NCBI GenBank assembly: GCA_963664825.1
Contig: OY761614.1
Coordinates: 3,328,001-3,392,000, forward strand
DNA from: an uncultured Holophaga sp.
GTDB taxonomy: Bacteria > Acidobacteriota > Holophagae > Holophagales > Holophagaceae
DNA: 64,000 nt
Direction: 5' to 3'
Every line of letters begins with the position of its first letter. The first letter of the stretch is position 1. Under the pieces are notes generated by a model. That model was not told the DNA's origin. It saw only the letters and a list, made by a program, of their open reading frames with translations, and did no database searches. This document shows, one piece after another, positions 1-8,663 of the stretch. Position numbers and translations under genes: made by a program.

Positions 1-2
1 TG

Positions 3-563
3 CGCTTCGGCAATGTGCTGGCCAGCCGGGGCAGCGTTGTCCCCATCTTTCAGGCCCAGATCGAATCCGGCGGTCCCGTCACGGTCACCCACCCCGATAT
101 GCACAGGTATTTCATGACCATCCCCGAGGCAAGCCAACTCGTGCTCCAGGCCGGTCTCATGGGCGAGAACGGCAAGGTCTATGTCATGGACATGGGCGCG
201 CCGGTAAAGATCGTGGATCTGGCCACGGACATGATCCGTCTGGCCGGGCTGGAACCTGGTCGGGATATCAAGATTCGCTTCACCGGCATCCGCCCAGGCG
301 AAAAGCTCTATGAAGAAGTATTCAACGGCCAAGAGATCGAGTGCCCCGGGATTCATCCCCATCTCAGGGAGGCGCTCCTGAAACCCCTTGATTGCGAAAG
401 CCTCCAAGCCGCCCTCGAACTCCTGCGGTCGGCTGGAAATGCCCGCGTGAACACACGGCGCAAGACCTTCCTCAGCACCTTCATCAGCCTCATCCCCGGC
501 TACCACCCCTCCAAGGATGGCCTTGGGCGCTATGCAGATATCCCAGAAAGGACATACGTATGA
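3..563 (+). CDS. Polysaccharide biosynthesis UDP-sugar 4,6-dehydratase (CapD/PglF/WbpM family), C-terminal part; 5' end outside window
   Basis: [32 protein letters not shown] and [11 protein letters not shown] motifs typical of CapD/PglF; stop overlaps next ATG (ATGA). Confidence 0.92.
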   Translation, partial: RFGNVLASRGSVVPIFQAQIESGGPVTVTHPDMHRYFMTIPEASQLVLQAGLMGENGKVYVMDMGAPVKIVDLATDMIRLAGLEPGRDIKIRFTGIRPGEKLYEEVFNGQEIECPGIHPHLREALLKPLDCESLQAALELLRSAGNARVNTRRKTFLSTFISLIPGYHPSKDGLGRYADIPERTYV

Positions 564-1756
564 CGTTGGCATTTCCCGCGTTTGCCCCCTGGCCTGCCTA
601 CACCGAAGATGAAGTCGCGGCCGTGGCCCGGGTCATGCGCAGCGGGAAGGTGAACTATTGGACCGGTGAGGAGGCCCGAGCCTTCGAGAGTGAATACGCC
701 GAGGCCGCCGGGTGCCGATACGCCGTGGCCCTCATGAACGGGACGGTCGCCCTGGAACTGGCCCTCCATGCCCTGGAGATCCCTGCAGGATCCGAGGTCA
801 TCACCACCCCCCGCACCTTCATCGCCAGTGCCAGCGCCATCGTCGCCCGGGGCTGCATCCCCGTCCTGGCGGACGTGGACCCCAATAGCGGCAACATTAC
901 CGCGGAATCCATTCAGGAAGTTCTTAGGCCACGCACCAAGGCCATCATCGCCGTACACCTGGCCGGGTGGCCATGCGATATGGATTCCATCCTGGCACTG
1001 GCCGATCAGAAAGGCATCAAGGTCATCGAGGATTGTGCCCAAGCCAGCGGCGCCAGCTACAAGGGCCGTCCGGTGGGTGGGCTGGGCCACGCCGGGTGTT
1101 TCTCCTTCTGCCAGGACAAGATCATCACGACCGGCGGTGAGGGAGGGATGCTCACCACGAACGATGAACGCGTTTGGCGCCGGGCCTGGGAGTACAAAGA
1201 CCACGGCAAGAATTGGGAAGCCGTCTACGCGCGCTCGCACGTTCCGGGCTTCCGCTGGTTCCACGAGAGCTTCGGCAGCAACTTCCGGATGACCGAACTT
1301 CAAGCCGCCATCGGCCGAATTCAGCTCCGCAAGCTTCCCCAGTGGACCCGCCAGCGCAATAGAACCATGAATCGGCTCTTCGATGCCCTGGAGGCCAGTC
1401 CATCCCTTCGCGTTCCAAGGCCAGGGCCCGCCTTTGGCCACGCCGCCTACAAGGCCTACGTCTACCTCCGCCCCGAAACCCTGGAGGATGGCTGGACACG
1501 GGACCGCATCATGACAACCCTAGCGAACCAAGGCATCCCTTGTTTCAGCGGAAGTTGCAGCGAAATCTATCGAGAGAAGGCCTTCATTTCCACCGGCCTG
1601 GGCCCCAAGTCCCCTTTGCCCATCGCGAAGGAACTGGGGGAGACCAGCCTCATGTTCGTGGTACACCCAGGACTGGGAGAGGACTACCTCCAGGCCCTTA
1701 TTCCTGCGCTCCGGGACGCCTTGGCCCAGGCCACCTGCCCCCGGCTGACCGCATGA
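560..1756 (+). CDS. DegT/DnrJ/EryC1/StrS family sugar aminotransferase (PglE-like)
   Basis: [17 protein letters not shown] and [16 protein letters not shown] (PLP lysine) motifs; start taken at ATG 560, coupled to the upstream stop. Confidence 0.92.
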   Translation: MTLAFPAFAPWPAYTEDEVAAVARVMRSGKVNYWTGEEARAFESEYAEAAGCRYAVALMNGTVALELALHALEIPAGSEVITTPRTFIASASAIVARGCIPVLADVDPNSGNITAESIQEVLRPRTKAIIAVHLAGWPCDMDSILALADQKGIKVIEDCAQASGASYKGRPVGGLGHAGCFSFCQDKIITTGGEGGMLTTNDERVWRRAWEYKDHGKNWEAVYARSHVPGFRWFHESFGSNFRMTELQAAIGRIQLRKLPQWTRQRNRTMNRLFDALEASPSLRVPRPGPAFGHAAYKAYVYLRPETLEDGWTRDRIMTTLANQGIPCFSGSCSEIYREKAFISTGLGPKSPLPIAKELGETSLMFVVHPGLGEDYLQALIPALRDALAQATCPRLTA

Positions 1757-2763
1757 CCACCCTCCGCAGGATCAGCATCATCGTTCCCTGCCGGAACGAG
1801 GAAACCCATATCGACGGGGCTGTTTCCAGCATCCTGGCAGGCCTGGGGGAACTTCCCGCAGAAGTCCTCGTCTGTGATGGCGCAAGCACCGACGGAACCG
1901 CAGGCAGGATCAGGGCCATGGCTGCCCAGGACGCAAGGGTCCGCCTCGTGGAAAATCCCGCTCGCGATACCCCCCACGGCATGAATGCTGGCCTTGCCGT
2001 GGCCACGGGCGACCCCATTTTCATTGTATCGGCCCATGCATCCTACCCATCCGGGTATTTCCAGCGCCTTTCAGAGGCCCTGGAACGCCTAGGGGCAGCC
2101 TGCGTGGGAGGCGTCCTGCGCACCGAGGTCAAGACAGAGACCACGGTCGCACGTTCCATCCGTGCCGTGCTCGGAGATTTTTTCGGCGTCGGTAACGCCC
2201 ACTATCGCACCGGTACCAGCAAAGAACGGAAGGTCGACACCGTGGCCTTCGGCTGCTATCCCCGGTGGGCCTTCGAACGTTTCGGCACCTATAACGAGCG
2301 ATTGGTTCGCAACCAAGATATCGAACTGAACAAGCGAATCTTGGCAGGAGGCGGCACCATCTGGCTGGTACCTGAAATCGAGGCCGTGTACTACGCCCGG
2401 CCCCACCTGGGGGCCTTCCTTGCCAACCAGTTTCAGAACGGGCGTTGGAACCTGCTCACCATCGCACTCACGGGGTCCAGGGCCTCCATCAGCCTGCGCC
2501 ATCTCGTGCCCGCAGCCTTCGTGCTTGTCATCCTCCTCTCGTCGGTATTAGGGGCCTGGCACCCATTCTTAGGGCTCCCTGCCCTGGCCACTCTGACCGC
2601 CTATCTGTCCATCGCTGCCTGGCGAGCCCTCCGCCTGCGCAAAGAAGGTGCCCGACCTGGAATAACCATGGTGGTCTTCTTCCTCCTCCATGTGACCTAC
2701 GGCCTGGGCAGCCTAGTCGGCATCCTCGAGGCCCCCTTCTATCGCCGGAGGCAGGCCATATGA
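1753..2763 (+). CDS. Glycosyltransferase family 2 (ExoA-like) with C-terminal membrane helices
   Basis: SIIVPCRNEE, DGASTDGT and RNQDIELNKR motifs; ATGA overlap with upstream gene. Confidence 0.9.
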   Translation: MTTLRRISIIVPCRNEETHIDGAVSSILAGLGELPAEVLVCDGASTDGTAGRIRAMAAQDARVRLVENPARDTPHGMNAGLAVATGDPIFIVSAHASYPSGYFQRLSEALERLGAACVGGVLRTEVKTETTVARSIRAVLGDFFGVGNAHYRTGTSKERKVDTVAFGCYPRWAFERFGTYNERLVRNQDIELNKRILAGGGTIWLVPEIEAVYYARPHLGAFLANQFQNGRWNLLTIALTGSRASISLRHLVPAAFVLVILLSSVLGAWHPFLGLPALATLTAYLSIAAWRALRLRKEGARPGITMVVFFLLHVTYGLGSLVGILEAPFYRRRQAI

Positions 2764-3407
2764 ACCATGTACTCACACTCCGACAGCGATTCGCGAAAAG
2801 GGCCTTCGACCTCACCCTTTCCATGGTCCTGCTGGCCCTATGTGGATGGCTGATCCTGCTGGCCTGGATCGCAGCTTCGATCGATACCCGCAGCAACGGG
2901 ATGTTCTGCCAGTCCCGCATCGGGAGATGGGGCAAGCCTTTCACCATATACAAAATCAAGACCATGCGGCCCGTGGCAGGCATCAACACCACCGTAACGG
3001 TGAAAAATGACCTCCGCATCACGGCCCTGGGCCGGTGGCTGCGCAGCGCCAAACTCGATGAGCTGCCTCAATTGTTCAATGTTCTGATTGGCGACATGAG
3101 CTTTGTGGGTCCCCGCCCCGATGTGCCGGGATTCGCCGATCAACTCGAGGGAGAGGCATCATGTCTGCTCAGCCTGAGACCCGGCATCACGGGGCCGGCC
3201 ACCTTGGCGTTTCGAAACGAAGAGGAGATCCTGACGCGCATGCAGGACCCTGACGTCTACAATAAATATATTATTTACCCAACCAAGACCCTTTTAAACA
3301 TGCACTACATAAATAATTATGCATTCACGACCGACTTGCGCTTAATTTTGGCCACGGCAACGGGACGAGGCTTTACTGCCAGTGAAGGACATCTTCCCGC
3401 GGCCTGA
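2760..3407 (+). CDS. Initiating polyprenol-phosphate phosphoglycosyl transferase (bacterial sugar transferase, PglC-like)
   Basis: KRAFDL, KLDELPQLFNVLIGDMSFVGPRP and PGITG motifs; ATGA overlap. Confidence 0.93.
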   Translation: MNHVLTLRQRFAKRAFDLTLSMVLLALCGWLILLAWIAASIDTRSNGMFCQSRIGRWGKPFTIYKIKTMRPVAGINTTVTVKNDLRITALGRWLRSAKLDELPQLFNVLIGDMSFVGPRPDVPGFADQLEGEASCLLSLRPGITGPATLAFRNEEEILTRMQDPDVYNKYIIYPTKTLLNMHYINNYAFTTDLRLILATATGRGFTASEGHLPAA

Positions 3408-3430
3408 AAATCACTCATGGCAGGTGTGTC

Positions 3431-4462
3431 ATGTTCCGATTCCAAGTGTTAGACCAAGAGGCCATCCCATGGAAGCAACTGGATTCATTCCAGGACCGAA
3501 CCATCCACCAGACCCAGGCCTGGCTGGAATTCCTGAAGGCAAGCCAGGGAGTGAAACCCTTAGTCATCGAGATCAAACAGGGTGGTCAGGTGGTTGGCTA
3601 TTTCACGGGCGGTCTCTTTAAGACGTTCGGCATCCGTATCCTAGGTAGCTCCTTCCCTGGCTGGATGACTCCCCATATGGGATTCAACCTACTTCCTGAT
3701 ATTTCGCGAAGCTTGGTGGCTCAGGAACTGATCAAATTTGCCTTCACAACGCTTAAGTGCTGGCATATAGAAATATATGACAAGTACTTGCGGTTTGAGG
3801 ATATTCAGGAGGCATTCCCCCAGGCTCGATACTGGGCAGCACCGGGGTGGGTGGTGGATATGAGTGGCAGTGAAAAAACCGTATTCAATCAAATGAACAA
3901 GGCTCGACGCAGATATATCAAAGCAGCTACTCAACAAGGTCTGCTGGTGGAACAGGCCTTCGAAGAATCATTTGTGGATGATTATTATGCTCAACTCGAA
4001 GATGTATTCAAGCATCGCGGGTTGGCACCCACCTATTCGAAGGAGAGGGTACGCCTGATGATCCGCATCCTCAATCCGACCGGCCGACTCCTTTTGGTTC
4101 GGGTACGCGAACCCGAAACAGGACTGTGCATCGGGTCGGGTCTATTCTTGGGCTTCAACGGCACCATGCATGCCTGGGGGGCAGCCGCCTTCCGGGCGAA
4201 ACAGCACTACCACCCGAATGAGAGTCTGCACTGGTTCGCCATGCGCTATTGGCATGAACGGGGAATGAAAAATTATGACATGGTGGGCGGTGGGAATTAT
4301 AAGCGGCAGTACGGTGCCAAATATATTGAGACCCATTGGATCAGGATATCGCGACTGGGTGTGTTAATGACTCTCCGCGATCAGGCTCAGGGTCTGATAG
4401 GCCTCATTCAGAAACTTCGAGGGAAATTCGCCAAATACCCTTCCGAGTTTGAGGGGGTATGA
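3431..4462 (+). CDS. GNAT/FemAB-like acyl- or aminoacyltransferase
   Basis: TIHQTQAWLEF N-terminus, RRRYIKAA and YDMVGGGNYKRQYGA pattern of polysaccharide-locus FemAB-like GNATs. Confidence 0.7.
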   Translation: MFRFQVLDQEAIPWKQLDSFQDRTIHQTQAWLEFLKASQGVKPLVIEIKQGGQVVGYFTGGLFKTFGIRILGSSFPGWMTPHMGFNLLPDISRSLVAQELIKFAFTTLKCWHIEIYDKYLRFEDIQEAFPQARYWAAPGWVVDMSGSEKTVFNQMNKARRRYIKAATQQGLLVEQAFEESFVDDYYAQLEDVFKHRGLAPTYSKERVRLMIRILNPTGRLLLVRVREPETGLCIGSGLFLGFNGTMHAWGAAAFRAKQHYHPNESLHWFAMRYWHERGMKNYDMVGGGNYKRQYGAKYIETHWIRISRLGVLMTLRDQAQGLIGLIQKLRGKFAKYPSEFEGV

Positions 4463-5397
4463 TGCGATGGCCTGAGGGGAAGCGTTTTGCTTTTTCAATT
4501 TTTGATGACACAGATAATGCGACAGTCCAGAATGTAAAGCCAGTTTATGATTTTATTAAACAACTTGGGTTTAGAACAACCAAATCCGTGTGGGTCTACC
4601 CACCTAGAGGTAGGTTCAAAGGCTCATGTTTGCAGGATCACGATTATTTGGACTGGATTTTGAAACTTCAATCGAATGGATTCGAAATTGCCTTACACAA
4701 TGTTGGTGATGGGTTTTTCTCTAAAAGAGAAATAATAGAAGGGTTGGATTCATTCCGCGACTTGGTAGGTCAATATCCAATCTGCCATACTAACCACGTT
4801 AGTAATCCAGACAACATTTATTGGCTCAAGGATCGTTTCGAGTGGCCTTTTAGCCTAGTATACGGCCTATTTTTTCGATTACGATACGGGCGATCTCCTA
4901 TTTCGGAAGGTAATGACGAAAATTCTCGTTGTTTCTGGGGTAATGTAGCCAAACGTAACATCAACTACATAAGAAATTACACATTTACCGGGATCAACAC
5001 CTTGCATTTTGACCCCAAGATGCCGTACAGGGTAAACCGCAAGGGGAAATACTCTAATCTGTGGTTTAGCTCCTCTGATGGTCACACTGTCATAGAAATG
5101 AATGATCTGCTGCGACCCGAGAGGGTAGACCAACTGGAACAAGAGGCTGGCGCTTGCATTGTATACACTCACTTCGCTTCGGGCTTCGTCGATGCCAAGG
5201 GGAAGCTGAACTCAACATTCATGCGACAGATGGAATACTTGGCATCAAAGGATGCATGGCTCACCCCGGTCACTCCACTTTTGGATCATCTGCTTAGCAG
5301 AGGTACAGATAGAGACCCTGGATATCTCTATCGTGCGGGAAGGGATTGCGTTTGGCTGATGGAGCGTATCCAGAAGCGCGTGAGACATGGTCGATGA
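4459..5397 (+). CDS. Polysaccharide deacetylase-like (NodB/CE4-like) protein
   Basis: FAFSIFDDTD, GFEIALH and CIVYTHF motifs; ATGA-coupled to upstream gene. Confidence 0.6.
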   Translation: MMRWPEGKRFAFSIFDDTDNATVQNVKPVYDFIKQLGFRTTKSVWVYPPRGRFKGSCLQDHDYLDWILKLQSNGFEIALHNVGDGFFSKREIIEGLDSFRDLVGQYPICHTNHVSNPDNIYWLKDRFEWPFSLVYGLFFRLRYGRSPISEGNDENSRCFWGNVAKRNINYIRNYTFTGINTLHFDPKMPYRVNRKGKYSNLWFSSSDGHTVIEMNDLLRPERVDQLEQEAGACIVYTHFASGFVDAKGKLNSTFMRQMEYLASKDAWLTPVTPLLDHLLSRGTDRDPGYLYRAGRDCVWLMERIQKRVRHGR

Positions 5398-5481
5398 CTT
5401 GAAAGCCGCATTTTTTTGATTTGGAAGATAGCAATATTAAACCCATAAATATATACCTATAATGGATATGAAGGGAGACCC

Positions 5482-6708
5482 ATGGCCCCCACGAAAATAA
5501 ATGCCCAAGACAATTCATTTGATAATTCAATTTCAGTCGAGACCCATCACGAGCCAAACACATTTATTGTGCACCCAGGAAACGCCATAGATCAATATAC
5601 TTCATCAGAACAATCGTCTCTCGTAAAACAAGAATCAGTTAAAAAGATCTACATCGAGTGGTGTCGAGAGTGGTCTTCCGCCGTGTCTGAGGCATTCGCA
5701 TCCATGCCATACGACCCGCTGATGGATTCCACATTGGTCCGCACGCTTTGGGAAGACAGCGCTAGGCAATATCCTCAGAAGATTGCACTCCTAAAAACCA
5801 ACAGCGGCTATATCATCGGGGTGATTCCGTTGCAAAAACGCGACCGGTTGGGTTGGCAATTTCTGGCCGACTATTTTATGCCTTATTCACGTTTCTTCGT
5901 CAGGCCTGAATATACAGACGCAGCACTGCATGCCTTGCGGGGAGTGATTGATTGCCACCGAGTCGTGTTCTATTGCCTTCCAATTGATACCCGTATGCTC
6001 CGGCCCGAGGAATCATGGGAGGTCCGCCTAACACCCACATTTGCCGAACTCATGAAGCAGACTAATTACGAGAAAAAAGCCAAACACATTCATCGAAAGG
6101 CGGAAAACCTGACCCTGCGCGAGGATGATTTTACATTGCTGCCCGAGGCCTTGGACTGCTGGCAGGCCAAGTGGATGCCGAGAAGCCCATCCACGGCGAG
6201 GCGTAAAGACAAACTGTTGCTAGGTTATCAGTGTTTAGCTAAAATGGGGCGCTTAAAAACATTCTCGCTCCATGACGGCGATCGCATGGCTACCATTGAA
6301 ATCCTCATTCTTGAGGACGCATCCATTTATGGCATGACAACAGTTACACGCGACGAATACCGACAACAATATGCAGGTGTCGCATGCAGACTAGCTACCA
6401 TGGAATGGGCCTGTGCCAATGGCTACGCAAGAATTGATTATGGCCCAGGTACGGACCATTTCAAGAAACAATGGGCCGTATCAAAGCCTACAAGCTACCG
6501 CCTACTCTGGTCACCCTTTGGCTCTGCCGCGCTGGGTTCTGCACTACACAATGCAAAGCCTATCTTCTGGAAAGTGGTAGGATTTTTATCAAAATGTCGC
6601 CATAAATGCATAACTGCGACGATCTATCAAAAGATGTTTCGCGGGGGAGGACCCGCCACAAAACGTTCTGGAATAGGAAATTCTTCAGAATCTCTATGGG
6701 AGGGATGA
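5482..6708 (+). CDS. GNAT family (CelD/BcsL-like) acetyltransferase
   Basis: C-terminal EWACANGYARIDYGPGTDHFKKQWA motif; GGGAG ribosome-binding site upstream. Confidence 0.65.
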   Translation: MAPTKINAQDNSFDNSISVETHHEPNTFIVHPGNAIDQYTSSEQSSLVKQESVKKIYIEWCREWSSAVSEAFASMPYDPLMDSTLVRTLWEDSARQYPQKIALLKTNSGYIIGVIPLQKRDRLGWQFLADYFMPYSRFFVRPEYTDAALHALRGVIDCHRVVFYCLPIDTRMLRPEESWEVRLTPTFAELMKQTNYEKKAKHIHRKAENLTLREDDFTLLPEALDCWQAKWMPRSPSTARRKDKLLLGYQCLAKMGRLKTFSLHDGDRMATIEILILEDASIYGMTTVTRDEYRQQYAGVACRLATMEWACANGYARIDYGPGTDHFKKQWAVSKPTSYRLLWSPFGSAALGSALHNAKPIFWKVVGFLSKCRHKCITATIYQKMFRGGGPATKRSGIGNSSESLWEG

Positions 6709-7018
6709 GGAAGGAAATGGAATGACCCGCACCTAGGGCGACTGGCTGTGGAAGACCATCTTCTCCCTAGCATCCGCCAGATACACCTTTTGCTTACGTT
6801 CCATACATTCCAGATCCCAGACCATCGTTTGAAGACTGTCCCTATCACAACTCCGACCACAGTAATTGTCACCATGCAGAAGAAGATGACCCCGGTCGCC
6901 CAGAATCTAAGTTTAAAGCATCACCCCATCACAAAGCACTTACGCACTGTGGCATAGCAAGGCAAGCTCGCGGGGGCCCACATATGCGAATTTTATTAAC
7001 TTCCTTACGAGTCGCATC

Positions 7019-7999
7019 ATGGGACGCACCTTTTATCTTAGTCGCTACCTAATCATTCGCTTCCCCTGGGTCTATCGGGTGGGTCGCCTGCTGTTCAGAA
7101 ATTTTCACAACTATATCACCTCCGCCACACACGCAATTCAACATAGGAGGCCTAATCATGAACCGAATAACTCCGCAACAGGACTATTTTCAGCAGAAGA
7201 CCTGAAAGGCGAATTAATTGACTGGGGCATCAGTCGAGGTGAAATTTTAATGGTACACAGCAGTATGAACGACTTGAGATCATACTCAGGCACAGTTCCC
7301 GAGATGATCGAAATGCTGCTGTCGTTGATCGGGCCCGAGGGGACCCTCTGCATGCCCGCCTTTCCAAGGTTTATGGAAAAGGACAAGGAGGGTGTACCCA
7401 TCTTTGATATCTGCAAGACGCCCTCCTTGACAGGTCTTCTCCCCGAAATTTTCAGGAGACGAAAAGGGGTTCTGCGTAGCCATCAGAAACGGTCCGTCGC
7501 TGCCCTGGGACCGCTTGCTGCAGCCATCACAGGCACTCACCACCTCGACCCTTTCCCGTGCGGTCCATGTTCACCATACGTCAAATTCGCAGAATTTAGG
7601 GCAAAACTCCTTTTCCTTGGTGTCTCTCCGTACGGAACCAACACTATGTTCCATTGCGGGGAAGATCTGCTCACCGAAGGGCTTCCGTTCCGTCCTCATG
7701 ATTCTAGACCTCGCCCACTCAAGATAAGAGACGAAAATGGGGTCCTTTCCACAACGACGTATTATCAACTCCGCCCAGAGATAACATTCTTAACTTCCCC
7801 AGAGTTAATGATCCAATATTTCACGCATGACGAAGTTGATTACAAGCAATTCCGGAACACGGATTTATGGCTCGTGGACGCAGAACGATTTCTGGCCAAG
7901 CTGCTGCGACTCGCACAACATGGAATCACCTACTTTGGATACCGATTTCCCAAGCCGCAAATACTATCCATTGGAGACACCTCTTGCATTCAAAAATAA
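7019..7999 (+). CDS. AAC(3)/YokD family N-acetyltransferase
   Basis: LMVHSS, GPEGTLCMPAF, TPSLTGLLPEIFR, RSH..SVAALG and NTMFH motifs. Confidence 0.85.
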   Translation: MGRTFYLSRYLIIRFPWVYRVGRLLFRNFHNYITSATHAIQHRRPNHEPNNSATGLFSAEDLKGELIDWGISRGEILMVHSSMNDLRSYSGTVPEMIEMLLSLIGPEGTLCMPAFPRFMEKDKEGVPIFDICKTPSLTGLLPEIFRRRKGVLRSHQKRSVAALGPLAAAITGTHHLDPFPCGPCSPYVKFAEFRAKLLFLGVSPYGTNTMFHCGEDLLTEGLPFRPHDSRPRPLKIRDENGVLSTTTYYQLRPEITFLTSPELMIQYFTHDEVDYKQFRNTDLWLVDAERFLAKLLRLAQHGITYFGYRFPKPQILSIGDTSCIQK

Positions 8000-8007
8000 T
8001 CCTAAAT

Positions 8008-8604
8008 ATGTCATGTGTTTTCATGAGATTTTCCAATTTTATTAAAATTTTTAGCATTAGAAGCCACGTATTCGGCTGCGAGGTCAATGCATTCTCACCA
8101 TCTCCAAAAAAACATATTGATAAATTGGAAATTTCGTTTCCCATTTCTATTGACTTTTTAACAGAAGAAGATTTTTCAAATATTTGTACAACAAAGGATG
8201 TCTTGATGCCTTTTCTCATGGAAGGACATATGTTGGCTGTTGCACGCATTGGAGGAACATGCGTCCATATGACTCTGGTTCGGACCTCGGGCGATGTCGC
8301 AGCCGGAGGTGAATCGCGGCTGTTTCGACTATCATATGATGAATTATACATCCATGGGTGTTACACAAATTCCCAATTCAGGGGGATGAACATCTTTCCG
8401 CACGTTCTTGAACAAGTGATAAACCATTTCAAACATGCCGGATTGGTCCAAAGGATTTTTATCTCCTCCCGCGTTGAAAATATTCCGTCAATCAAGGGAA
8501 TCAGGAAGGCTGGTTTTCATTATTTATTTAGCGTGCATACCATTAGAACTTTCAATGGCAGACTTCGACGATGCATGCGCTACCAAGACATTCCGTCCGA
8601 ATGA
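8008..8604 (+). CDS. GNAT family N-acetyltransferase
   Basis: YIHGCYT..FRGMNIF and ENIPSIKGIRKAGF GNAT motifs; start codon uncertain. Confidence 0.7.
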   Translation: MSCVFMRFSNFIKIFSIRSHVFGCEVNAFSPSPKKHIDKLEISFPISIDFLTEEDFSNICTTKDVLMPFLMEGHMLAVARIGGTCVHMTLVRTSGDVAAGGESRLFRLSYDELYIHGCYTNSQFRGMNIFPHVLEQVINHFKHAGLVQRIFISSRVENIPSIKGIRKAGFHYLFSVHTIRTFNGRLRRCMRYQDIPSE

Positions 8605-8663
8605 TTCTTTACAATAACTCTTGTTCAATATTTACTTTTTACTCCCCCTGGCCGATCCACGAA

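Noticed and set aside
6748..6957. 69-aa ORF between the GNAT and AAC(3) genes
   Set aside because: No motif or clear ribosome-binding site; cannot be supported
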